Source of the DNA: a virus | Taxonomy: Duplodnaviria > Caudoviricetes | DNA length: 62,793 nucleotides | Reading direction: 5' to 3' (one strand) | Virus record (IMG/VR): IMGVR_UViG_3300023096_000006 | Span: 1-62,793 of that record | Part shown: piece after piece, positions 33,167 to 43,100 of the stretch | How the letters are laid out: every line of letters starts with the position of its first letter | Position numbering within the stretch: the stretch's first letter is position 1 | Position numbers and translations under genes: made by a program | The notes under the pieces: generated by a model | The model's database searches: none | The model's input: the letters and a program-made list of their open reading frames with translations, nothing else | What the model was told of the DNA's origin: nothing

Positions 33167-35215
33167 TTAGGCGAGGGCAGTCACGCTAATCCAGGCGGCA
33201 GACCCACTACCTACAGCGTTCATCGTAAGGTTAGACAAGCTAATGGTAAAGCCGTCATATGCCACGGTGTCGTTGTTTCCCAGCCACCCGGAACCAATGG
33301 TGTTTCCGGCGATACCAAAGTGTGTATCTCGCCACTCGAACCTCTTCTGGTTCTGGCTACCTTCCGTCGTCATAGGTTCAGACACTTCAATGTAACCGGA
33401 GTGACCTTGAGCACCCATAGAAGGGAATCCAATTTGCGGGATACCCATAGAAGTAGTTTGCGTCAGTGCGGTGGTGTTACTTCCGTAGATGCTGTGCTGG
33501 TTGTAGTTGTTACCTCCAGCAGTATCAGACCCTAGTCTCCGCAGCTTAATCCACGCACCGTTTTCGTCTCCGGTGTAGTAGCTGTAGTTGATTCGGTACC
33601 TTTTGAACTCTGGCGTGAAGATTCCATCGAAACTCCAAGACCGGGTACCCGGAGTTAGGTTGATGCGACCTGTTAGTGGGTCGAACGTCCAATCGGGACT
33701 CGTGTTCGTAGGCTTCATGAACTTGGTCGTCTTATCGTGGACCTTTAGCCCATTCTGGTAAATCTGCCCACCAACATCCAGGGCACCAAGTTCGTGGTAC
33801 TTATTCACGCCCAGACCAGCCGGTGCCCAGTGCATGAAGATAGCAGCAACGGTAATTGTAGAAATAGCGGCAGACGTGTTGTAACGGTCAATGACCTCCA
33901 TGCGAATGTCATAGGACTTATCAATGTCGAAAGGTCCGGGAATGACATCTACAGGGTCAGCACCGCCACCCATGCTGTTCCAGCTAATCTTTCCGGCAGC
34001 AGGAGTAATGGTCTTCTTCAGCGTCCACGCGGTCGTTCCACGAAGACGAGTGTAAATCTTCAACTGCATGATGTTGCGCTGTGTCGTGTTCATCAAAGAC
34101 TGCACAGCAGCGGCCATTTGAACCCTGAAGTAGGTGCCGTCATCTACGTCCACGGTTCCGTCAGAAAGGGCTCTTTGAACGAGGAAGTTAGACACAGAGG
34201 GAGAAGCATACGGCAGTACCGTGATGTTTCTTGTTTCTGTCTTTGTTCGGTTACGAGAGTCCTGAACAAGGAAGGTGACAGGAACTGTTCCAGAAGCCGC
34301 GATAGGTGCAGATGTTCCAGATGCGCCCTCAACGTTCTGCCCAGCGACAGACATGCGTTGAGTGTTGATAGTCGAGCCTAGAGCACCCGCAGCACCCGAA
34401 ATGGAATAGCTCAGAGTAGAGATACCCTGCACGTAAGCCCCAACGCTGGCAGCAACTCCCGCAGTACCTTCAGAAAGGGTGGGATTTCCTGACCATGTGG
34501 GAACAACCGAAGACGGAACGTAGACACGGTAAAGCTGGTCTACCCAGCCAATCAGGGTTCCGCCGTTGTAGGTGTGTGTACGCAGAGTTCCTACACCGGT
34601 ATCGGAGGTAGGGATTTGGTTCGCTAGAGAAAGCGGAGGAGTCCAGTTTGCATCATGACCAACACCTGTGAAGGCGCGGCCTGAAGCATTTCCAAAGTAG
34701 TAGTCAGCCGTGTGAGTGAAGCTCGCAGAGGCACGGTTCATCACCAGATAGGCATTAGAACCTAGCGTCAGATTGTCGTAGGCCGGATTAATCCACGAAG
34801 GAGAAGAAGTACGTGGAATTGTAGGGAAATCGTCAAACCAGGCAGTGTGCTGTTCGTTGATAGAACCGTACTGCAAATGCATACGGAGCGTTACGCCACC
34901 CCGACCACCATCGGCGTTGTGGCCGATGTTCATGTACCAGTCGCCGTCGTTCCATCGAACAGCGCCGTTACCATAGCCTGATGGAAGGAACGGGTTTCCG
35001 TAGTGCTCACCGAACTGGCCTGAGCCGTCTACAGAACCTCTCTGCCATCCCTGACCCGCGTAGTTAGAACCTGAGGTAGCACCTGGACCACTGACGTTAC
35101 GGAGACGGAACTTCAGCGTCGTGTAGTTACCGTTGATGTCCTGCCCTACCCGGTCGCACTCCAGGTAGAAAGATGTGGCTGGACCACTCTTAGATACGCC
35201 AATTCTGTCAGTCAT
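33167..35215 (-). CDS. Minor tail protein (DUF859-like)
   Basis: TIPR.S, RAS.SFTH, DSR.R motifs; position in tail operon. Confidence 0.75.
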   Translation of the reverse strand: MTDRIGVSKSGPATSFYLECDRVGQDINGNYTTLKFRLRNVSGPGATSGSNYAGQGWQRGSVDGSGQFGEHYGNPFLPSGYGNGAVRWNDGDWYMNIGHNADGGRGGVTLRMHLQYGSINEQHTAWFDDFPTIPRTSSPSWINPAYDNLTLGSNAYLVMNRASASFTHTADYYFGNASGRAFTGVGHDANWTPPLSLANQIPTSDTGVGTLRTHTYNGGTLIGWVDQLYRVYVPSSVVPTWSGNPTLSEGTAGVAASVGAYVQGISTLSYSISGAAGALGSTINTQRMSVAGQNVEGASGTSAPIAASGTVPVTFLVQDSRNRTKTETRNITVLPYASPSVSNFLVQRALSDGTVDVDDGTYFRVQMAAAVQSLMNTTQRNIMQLKIYTRLRGTTAWTLKKTITPAAGKISWNSMGGGADPVDVIPGPFDIDKSYDIRMEVIDRYNTSAAISTITVAAIFMHWAPAGLGVNKYHELGALDVGGQIYQNGLKVHDKTTKFMKPTNTSPDWTFDPLTGRINLTPGTRSWSFDGIFTPEFKRYRINYSYYTGDENGAWIKLRRLGSDTAGGNNYNQHSIYGSNTTALTQTTSMGIPQIGFPSMGAQGHSGYIEVSEPMTTEGSQNQKRFEWRDTHFGIAGNTIGSGWLGNNDTVAYDGFTISLSNLTMNAVGSGSAAWISVTALA

Positions 35216-38200
35216 TAAACAGCCTTTACTACAGTTCCGTTGCCATACTGCTCTAGCTTGTGCTTAGCCAAAACAACTTCCTGACCAACGAAGGAGGGAA
35301 CAACCATTCTCTGTGCTTCCCAGTAAGACACGATTACGCCGTCCTGGATAATCTCAATCCTATCGTTCTTCAAGAACAACTTGAAAGCACTATCGGTTTT
35401 ACCGATGATGGCACCTTCGGGACCGAAGGAATAGTACGTCTGAAGGTCGGTAACAGCCGTCTTGGTGTTGTTGAGGTCACCCTGAAGAGCATTGTCTCGC
35501 TGGATGAGAATGTTGACCGATTGGTTGCTGGAAATGTCCAAACTCTGGCCCACGTCAGCAGAAATCTCACGCGCAGTGATGGAGCCCGCAATGAAGTGGT
35601 CACCAGTGAAAGTCTCAGCCTTTACGTTGCGACCTTCAATAGTCTCACCCTGAATGTGGTTACCCGTAATGGAACCACCAGAAATGTTGACTCCGGTAAC
35701 CGCTTCCTCGCCCAGCATGGCCGTGGTGATAATCTCACGTGCCACAACGTCATCCACGCTGATAGTGGCACTAGCTGACGTTGCTGAAACAGCAATTCGC
35801 ATGAACTTAGCGTCAGAAGGTGGCACTGCCTTACCCACGAAAAGAGCGGGGGTCGTGGTTAGGTTAGACGCGGGCGCAACAATGTCATACGCCTCGGAAG
35901 CCGGTGTGGTCTTGTCACCCAGGAAGTAGTAAGCCACCAGGGAGAATCCACTAACCACCGACGCCGTGGCGTTGGCGCGAGCAGACACGTAGTACCCAGC
36001 GTTGATGCCCTGGGGTCCGATGGGGATGTACCGGTCAGAAGTCTGTCCGACTACGAGGTCGATTTCCAGACCGTCTGGCTCGAAGCCTCGGACAAGCTGA
36101 AGCGCCTTAGCTCCCGCAAGGGGGGAAGTGATGATGGACGCAGAGGCACCAGCAGAGTAGCGCTGGATAACCTGCCAACCGTTCAGGTCGTCCTCAAAGC
36201 TACCGTTGAAAACAAGATTGTTGCTAGGTAGCGCTCCAGTGATGTCTCCCGAAGCAACGCCGCTGACAACGATAGAAGAACTTGCCGAAGGAGTCGATGG
36301 TACGTCGTAAGGGTCCATACCGACTAGGCGGTAATCGTACGCCCCTCCTACTACGACAGACGTGTCAATCATCGAACCAGCGATGATAGAGCCTACTTCT
36401 ACCCAGGAGTCCGTAGATTCCACGACGGACGCAGAAGCCTGAGCCGTTCCCAGCCAGCGGTAGCGCGTCTTGGGGTCAGTAGATGTCGTAGCTCCAGAGA
36501 AGTAGTCGCCCTCGGCAACATTGACCTTCTCCACCAGTACTTCAGTGACGTCAATGGTGTAGCCAGTAGGTGCACCGCTCTTGACGACTGCCAGACCTGC
36601 CGACGTGGAAGGAGTAGTTGCACTTGTCGTGGCTACGAAGTCCACAACTGTCTCACCGGCAGGAAGGTCTACAGAAGCTCCCAGGACAGAACCTGTTGCA
36701 CTGGCAACCGCAGGACGTAGGTTTAGCGTTACTCCACCCAGAGCGTGGGAAGAGCGCACGCGGAACCGCCAACGGAAGGTTGTGCTAGCGGTCAGGGCTG
36801 TACCCAGACGAAGCTCAATGACACGAGAGTTCGAGTTGTCAACACGGGTAGCACGAACCGCTGTGTTGATGCTTCCAGGCATGTCGGTGACAGTGGAGAG
36901 CGTGAACGCAGCCGATGTACTGAAGTTGGTCGTTGTGCGAGCTTCAGGGTTGATGAAGAGGTTACGACGGGTTTCCTGCCATACACCGGATGTAACACCC
37001 GTGCGGATGCGGTCTACTCGTACTCTACGCAAGTAGCCTGGTGCGGGAGCGCCACCCATCAAGCCATCCCAGCGGATGTTTACAGTGCCCAGCTTGGAAG
37101 TCAGGATAGGAGCCGAAGGAGCTAGAAGAGGCGTAGCAGGCGCGGCAGCGACCAGTCCGACCTCCGTCGAGAAGGGACCTGGACCGCCTGTACGGGTGGT
37201 AGCACGAACCTTGAAGGCCCACTCGTCACCTGGACGGAAGCCTGACAGGTAGGCCATCGAGTCGAAGACGACAGCTAGAAGAGTGGATTCCGTGTTAGGT
37301 AGGAGACGGCCCCATACTTCATATTCTTGAATCTCGATAGTGCCATAGCCGGTACCCGTGATAACGGGGTTCCACACCAGGCCGTAGTCTGCGGACTCAG
37401 TACCCGCGTCGGTCCACTTACCCACGGACGATGCTACAAGGCCCGTAGGAGCGTCTGCAACGCTTCCTAGAGGGCTTCCTGGCGGCTGGTTGATGACAGT
37501 CGGGGGAAGGTTAGAACTGTTGGCAAATCCTCCACCGATGGCTGATGTACCAGATACGCGGGAAATCCACTTCTCTAGCTCAGCTTGACGGTCCTTGAAG
37601 ATTGTGTCGAACTCGATAGCAAAGATTGGACGACCAGTGTTCGAGTCCTCTGTGAAAGAAATCGACATGACCCGGCGAGATTCGAGAACCCCAGGCACTT
37701 CACCTGGAGCAGAAATGATGTCACCGACATTGAAGTCTAGGAAAGGAATCATTCCCTCTACAGGGATGATTTCGAACGTGGCGCTCTTCTCAGGAAGGGC
37801 TTTCTGACGGAACAGTTCATCAACCAGAGGCTTTGCACCTGAAGTCGATAGACCTGTGGCCATCTGTGACTCAATACGACCGTACTTTGCCACGGAAGCA
37901 GACTCAGCAGGGTTGACAATCTGCTCGCTCCAGCCCTCATTAGAGTTCAGAATGAGGGTGTTGACAATCTCAGCTTGCCCGGTTTCATCAGCAGAAAGAA
38001 GATTGTGACCAGCAGAGAGAATGATGGCAGGGCCACCGTTCGCAGCGGCAACACTACGGTCAACCCCGCGCTTTCTCCACGCATACATGTTGAGAGTGCC
38101 TGGGTCAACGTAAACGTCTGCGCCTAGCTCTTCTACGGCGTCAATAACATCTTCATAGGTCGAGCCCGTGCCAAAGGACCAGGGCACAGGGTCACCCCAC

Positions 38201-39300
38201 GGCTGACCAGAGGAGTCGACGGTGGCGCTGAACGTCAGAGTGAAGTTGTTCGCGAAGCGGACACCTCGGGCCTTGGCCTCATTCATCAGCGTAACGAGAA
38301 CGTCACCAGCAGTCCAGCCCGGTTCTACAGTCGGGTAAGCATTGATTTTCCAACCTGGCTGACCTGTGGTGTGAAGAAGCTGTGCCGATGTTGGCTGAGA
38401 CGGGTCGCCTACCTTGAACAACGCACCGATGAAAGCACCAGGGGCGTCACCTCGGTAGTTGTATGCCTTGACACCGATAACGTGATTACCAGGCTGTAGG
38501 TCAAAGTCTAGGCGGTTAGTACCCTCCCAGGAATGGTCGGCGGTGGTCATAAGAAGCTCACCGTCTACGTAAGCTTCACCCTTGTCATCTACCGTGAAGA
38601 AGAAAGAGTAAGATGCCGCTTCGGTCGTCGTGAACTCGTAGCGGAAGTAGCAGTAGCCCTGAGGCATAGGCGTACTGGCCTGGTTCCAAATCCAGTACGC
38701 ATTGGGAGCATCCGGCCAGTTAGCTGGAGCGGTTCCCCACCAGTGGAATCCACTGTTGTAGCGAGCGATGTTTGTAGCGTCCTGCCAGGCAGAGGGAACA
38801 TACCAGATGCCCTGCTCAGTCGCGAAGTTGAAGTAGCGAGTGTCCGCAGAAGTAGCTCGAAGACCATTGGCCGGATAGACAATAGCGTCCCTCGACCAAG
38901 AGCGTGGGCCTTCACCAGAAATCTCCCACATTTCTTCGGCCTCTTCACCCGCGCCGACAATGACACTCTTACGGGTGTAAATAACGAAGCCACCGATGAC
39001 TTGGCCGTTCAGTCGAATACGCACATAGTTGCGGTATTCGAGCAGGGAAGGGTTCTGAAGAATCTTGCTTTCGTACTTCCAGACCTTGAAGCTACCGGCA
39101 CCGTGCGCACGAATCTCAGATAGCGCCGTAGGGTCCACACGAGCGTGAATGATGTCCACAAGCGTGTTAGGAGCATTGTCCTTGTAAATCTCAACCTGAA
39201 CGTTGTAGTAGGTAGAGTCTTCTGCGAAAGTATCGGGAGCCTGGATACCCCAGTAGATGTCCCAGATACCCGACCAAATATCAAGCCATGTATCAGCCAT
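35215..39300 (-). CDS. Large minor tail / tail-tip protein
   Basis: S.AKYGR.E, FN3-like and carbohydrate-binding-like segments; follows Dit. Confidence 0.8.
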   Translation of the reverse strand: MADTWLDIWSGIWDIYWGIQAPDTFAEDSTYYNVQVEIYKDNAPNTLVDIIHARVDPTALSEIRAHGAGSFKVWKYESKILQNPSLLEYRNYVRIRLNGQVIGGFVIYTRKSVIVGAGEEAEEMWEISGEGPRSWSRDAIVYPANGLRATSADTRYFNFATEQGIWYVPSAWQDATNIARYNSGFHWWGTAPANWPDAPNAYWIWNQASTPMPQGYCYFRYEFTTTEAASYSFFFTVDDKGEAYVDGELLMTTADHSWEGTNRLDFDLQPGNHVIGVKAYNYRGDAPGAFIGALFKVGDPSQPTSAQLLHTTGQPGWKINAYPTVEPGWTAGDVLVTLMNEAKARGVRFANNFTLTFSATVDSSGQPWGDPVPWSFGTGSTYEDVIDAVEELGADVYVDPGTLNMYAWRKRGVDRSVAAANGGPAIILSAGHNLLSADETGQAEIVNTLILNSNEGWSEQIVNPAESASVAKYGRIESQMATGLSTSGAKPLVDELFRQKALPEKSATFEIIPVEGMIPFLDFNVGDIISAPGEVPGVLESRRVMSISFTEDSNTGRPIFAIEFDTIFKDRQAELEKWISRVSGTSAIGGGFANSSNLPPTVINQPPGSPLGSVADAPTGLVASSVGKWTDAGTESADYGLVWNPVITGTGYGTIEIQEYEVWGRLLPNTESTLLAVVFDSMAYLSGFRPGDEWAFKVRATTRTGGPGPFSTEVGLVAAAPATPLLAPSAPILTSKLGTVNIRWDGLMGGAPAPGYLRRVRVDRIRTGVTSGVWQETRRNLFINPEARTTTNFSTSAAFTLSTVTDMPGSINTAVRATRVDNSNSRVIELRLGTALTASTTFRWRFRVRSSHALGGVTLNLRPAVASATGSVLGASVDLPAGETVVDFVATTSATTPSTSAGLAVVKSGAPTGYTIDVTEVLVEKVNVAEGDYFSGATTSTDPKTRYRWLGTAQASASVVESTDSWVEVGSIIAGSMIDTSVVVGGAYDYRLVGMDPYDVPSTPSASSSIVVSGVASGDITGALPSNNLVFNGSFEDDLNGWQVIQRYSAGASASIITSPLAGAKALQLVRGFEPDGLEIDLVVGQTSDRYIPIGPQGINAGYYVSARANATASVVSGFSLVAYYFLGDKTTPASEAYDIVAPASNLTTTPALFVGKAVPPSDAKFMRIAVSATSASATISVDDVVAREIITTAMLGEEAVTGVNISGGSITGNHIQGETIEGRNVKAETFTGDHFIAGSITAREISADVGQSLDISSNQSVNILIQRDNALQGDLNNTKTAVTDLQTYYSFGPEGAIIGKTDSAFKLFLKNDRIEIIQDGVIVSYWEAQRMVVPSFVGQEVVLAKHKLEQYGNGTVVKAV

Positions 39301-40142
39301 TACAACCACCTAGGACGGTACTTCAACGTGGCCCCGGCTGAGCCAGAAGAGGACGTTAGGGTGAGGCTCTGCGGGCCTGGACGTAGGACGAACCAGAACG
39401 GGTGTCCTAGGTTGGTCACAGAGGAAATGACACTGGTGTTATCCGTAGCAGGGTTCTTACGGGCAGTCCAGTTGTCGATGTCAAGACGAATAATCTGACC
39501 AGAAGCCAAGCTCTGGTTCACGTTAACGTAAACGCCCTCACTGCTGTTTGTAAGCCGGAAGTTGTTTCGCGTTCCCTGAACATCAACAAGAATCTGCGTT
39601 GTCTCGTAGTCACCCTTGACAGTAGGGACCGCAGCAGAAGATGCACTGGATGGGAAGGTTACCGTGACCTCAGGTCCGTAGAAGAATGGGTCAGCCAGGT
39701 ATAGCTCTACGGAGAAGCTGGCGCGTAGACTGCCGTGCATCGTAGGCGAGATTCCACTGGAGAAGATGGCGCGTGCAGAGGCCGTCTGAAGAAGGCCTGT
39801 GTCATAATCCTGCCAGCGCTTTGTCACCGTGACGGGCTTGCCCTGGTTCCAGAAAAGGTTGCGGAGCATGCTGAAGTTCTTCTCGAACTCTGCCCGCATG
39901 GTGGCGTTTCCTGGAACGTTGCCGTCTAGGGTTGCACCGACAACCCACATGTTGAAACTGATGGAGCGACCATCAGGACGACGGGACTGCAAGACCTGAC
40001 CTGGACGATATGGAATCGTGAGGTCATCACCTCGAAGAGGAGGAGGAGCCTGAAGGTCGCCACCCCAGGTCGTGATGTTATAGGCATACGTCTGAAGAGG
40101 GACACCATTAATGTCCCAGTACGTTGCTGTAGATAGCGCCAC
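39300..40142 (-). CDS. Distal tail (Dit-like) protein
   Basis: Immediately after tape measure; ADPFFYG and LRPG motifs. Confidence 0.75.
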   Translation of the reverse strand: MALSTATYWDINGVPLQTYAYNITTWGGDLQAPPPLRGDDLTIPYRPGQVLQSRRPDGRSISFNMWVVGATLDGNVPGNATMRAEFEKNFSMLRNLFWNQGKPVTVTKRWQDYDTGLLQTASARAIFSSGISPTMHGSLRASFSVELYLADPFFYGPEVTVTFPSSASSAAVPTVKGDYETTQILVDVQGTRNNFRLTNSSEGVYVNVNQSLASGQIIRLDIDNWTARKNPATDNTSVISSVTNLGHPFWFVLRPGPQSLTLTSSSGSAGATLKYRPRWL

Positions 40143-40173
40143 GGCTTCAAGCCTCCTCTTCTAGTGTACTTGC

Positions 40174-43100
40174 TTAGTTGCCAGAACGTGCCTGGTTCAT
40201 GTATGCCATTTGACGGATGCTCTTAGGCAGGGAAAGCGAAACCTTCTCAGGTACAGGGTTGTTGATTGTCAAGTTCTCAATCTTGACTGAGTAGTCCTGA
40301 AGAGCCGGGGCAGACTGGAACGCAGATGCTGCACTGGAGCCCAGAACGTTGGTTCCGGTGCTCAGGCCAGAGCCTGCAAGCAGAGCCTTCAGACCACGAG
40401 ATTCCTCGTTCGTCAGAACAGCTTCTGGCTTACCAGACTGGTTGTAGGCATAGCCACCGTGCGGTAGTACTCCACCGTTGTCATAGAGCTTCGGGAAGAT
40501 ACCACCCTGCTTCATGGCCCAGTGAACGTGGTCGAAGTGCTGACTACGAACTGGCTCGCCCCAGAACTTTGGAGCACCATTCTGAAGCTGGCGTCCGTTA
40601 GCTGGGGAGTAGATAAGCTCACGGGAGTTCGGGAAGTTAGAACGAATCCACTCGAAGATAGCCATGGAAGGCGTAACGTCGATGGCTCGACCCTGACCGT
40701 GGTAAGACTTGCTTCCCGTAGAGGTGATAGCACCTGGACGGAACGCAGAGTTTAGGCTGGCACCAGGGAACTGGCTCTTGACAATGGCCCACTGCTTCTG
40801 CCATCCGAGAGCGTTAGCGGCACCTCCGATTGCTCCACCGACAGAACCTAGCGAGTTCTTGACATAGCCACCGATGTTCTCAATGAACTTGCCAGGAACA
40901 GCGGCCATCATTCGACCGAACTCGTTGTTCTGAATACCACCTAGAAGTGGGTTGACAAGCTTACCAATCTGCTCCTTGGCCCATCCAACAGGGTCGGAGA
41001 ACATCTTGGCGACACCGCCGACAACATCCCAAACGTCTCCACCGACATCAGCCTTCTTGTTGGTGCCTGTGGACTTCTGGTTGGAGTTACGTAGGTTACC
41101 TGGCTTCAGGTAGTCAGTCGTACCACCCTTGGCGAATGCTCGCATGGAGCCGCGAATGGCGTCAGCGTTGAGGGCATCGACACCCTTCTTTCCACCCACA
41201 GCGCGCGTGAACTCTGGACGCATGATGGCCTCGCCACCAGAGAGGTCCAGAATACCGCCTGTGTTGGAGTAGAAACGGTGAACGTCTCGACCTGGAGTGT
41301 ACCCAGGAGTCACACCACTGTCTCCGTACACACCACCGCCAGCGAACGCCTGGCGTCCACTGCGAGGCGAAGCTACACGCTGAGGTGTGGCAGGCTGAGC
41401 CCCAATGAGTCCTGCGTATCCAAGCTGAGCGAAGCCGAGCTTAGAAGCAACACCGTTCCAGAACGGTACAACAGCACCATTCCAGACGTTCTGGATGACC
41501 CAGTTGACAGGCGTAGCGAAGATTTGCTGGATTCCGGCCCACGCGGTACCAATACCGTTGACGACCTGAGCGAATCCGTCACCCAATCCGTTCCAGAAGT
41601 TGTCCCATCCGGTGCGGAAAGTGTTTCCGAAGTTGGTCAGTTCGTTCTGAACGTTGGCCCACAGTTGACCTGTGGAAAGAAGATTCCAGAAGTTATCCCA
41701 GCCCATCTTCAGGCCGCCCCAGAATCCATTCCACTCGTTACTCAGCCACGTAGTGAAATTCGACCATCCGGTTGGGATTGTCTCTCCCCAGAACTGGTTC
41801 CAGGCCTCAGGAAGGGTAGTTCCCCAGAACAGGTTCCACCCGTCTTCGATACCGCCCCAGAAGTTGTTCCAGTTGGTGCCGATATCAAGGATGAACTGCC
41901 CTAGGCCCTCTCCGAGGCCGTTCCAGAATTCTGGGTCGCCCATGTTCTCCCAGAACGTAGCCCAGCCTTCGGAAATACCATTCCAGAAGTTGTCCCAGTT
42001 AGTGCCGACTTCTTCAACGAAGTTGGACAACTCAACCAGAGACTCATCAATGAACGTCTGAAGTTCTTCCTTCAGGTTCGTACCAAAGATGGAGTCAATG
42101 CCTCCAGCGATGTCTCGAATAACAGGAAGCGGGTTAGAGCCCGGAGAACCTGGCAGAGGAGAAAGAGGGTTCGCTGTGAAAGCAAGACCTGTGTCTACGT
42201 TCGTGATGTTCTTCTTGGCACCGCTTACGTCGCCTCGGTTGACGGCCTCGAAGGCGTCGAAGGACTTGCCTCCGACATCAATAAGCCCGCCGACGACAGT
42301 AGCGATAGCTCCAGCTACACCAGCGACCTTCAGAAGGGTGCCCAGGAATCCAAGGACACCAGAGAACGAAAGCCCGCTAATGCCTGGAATCTTTCCGAAG
42401 AGTCCCTTTAGGGCAGCAACGGCGGAAGCGTTCGTTCCCAGTCCCAGCAGAGCGCCAAGAAGATTTGTGAGTCCGGTGAACTTACCGATGAAGGAGATAG
42501 CGGCGAAGCCACCAACGGCCTTCAGGATGGCGCTAAGAACGTCAGGTGGAATCTTGCTGACGACATCAGCCAAGAACTGGAAGAAGCCTTCAACGACATC
42601 GAAGAACGTCTCTAGGGCTTCCCCTCCACCGTTCTCCATAATGGTGGTCAGAGACTCGATGATGCTTGCCAGAGTCTCAACGAACTTCTCATCAATGTTG
42701 GTCTCAGCAAGGGCATCCAGAAGACCGCCCAGAGCAGGGCCTAGGTCTTCACGAAGGATGCGTACCAGTTCGGTAGCGTCCTTGATGTTTGCTGGGTCCA
42801 TAGATTCTTCACGGAACCAAGAGAAGAAGGTACCAAAGAGGTCGTTGATTTCACCCAGCAGGGGCTTGATGTCCTCTAGCCACTTCTGGAATGGAGAACC
42901 ATCCTCACGAGCCTTCTGAGCGGACTCGGCCCAACCTGCCGTCATTTCGACAAGGTTGTCTAGAATCCAGTCACCGAAGCCCGAAGCGGCAGCGCTGTAG
43001 TTGAACAGCGTGGAGCCGATATTCTTGATTACCTGCCACCAGCGGTCCAGGCGTCCTGCAACCTTTTCCAGCCATCCAGCTAGCTCACCAGTCTCACGAC

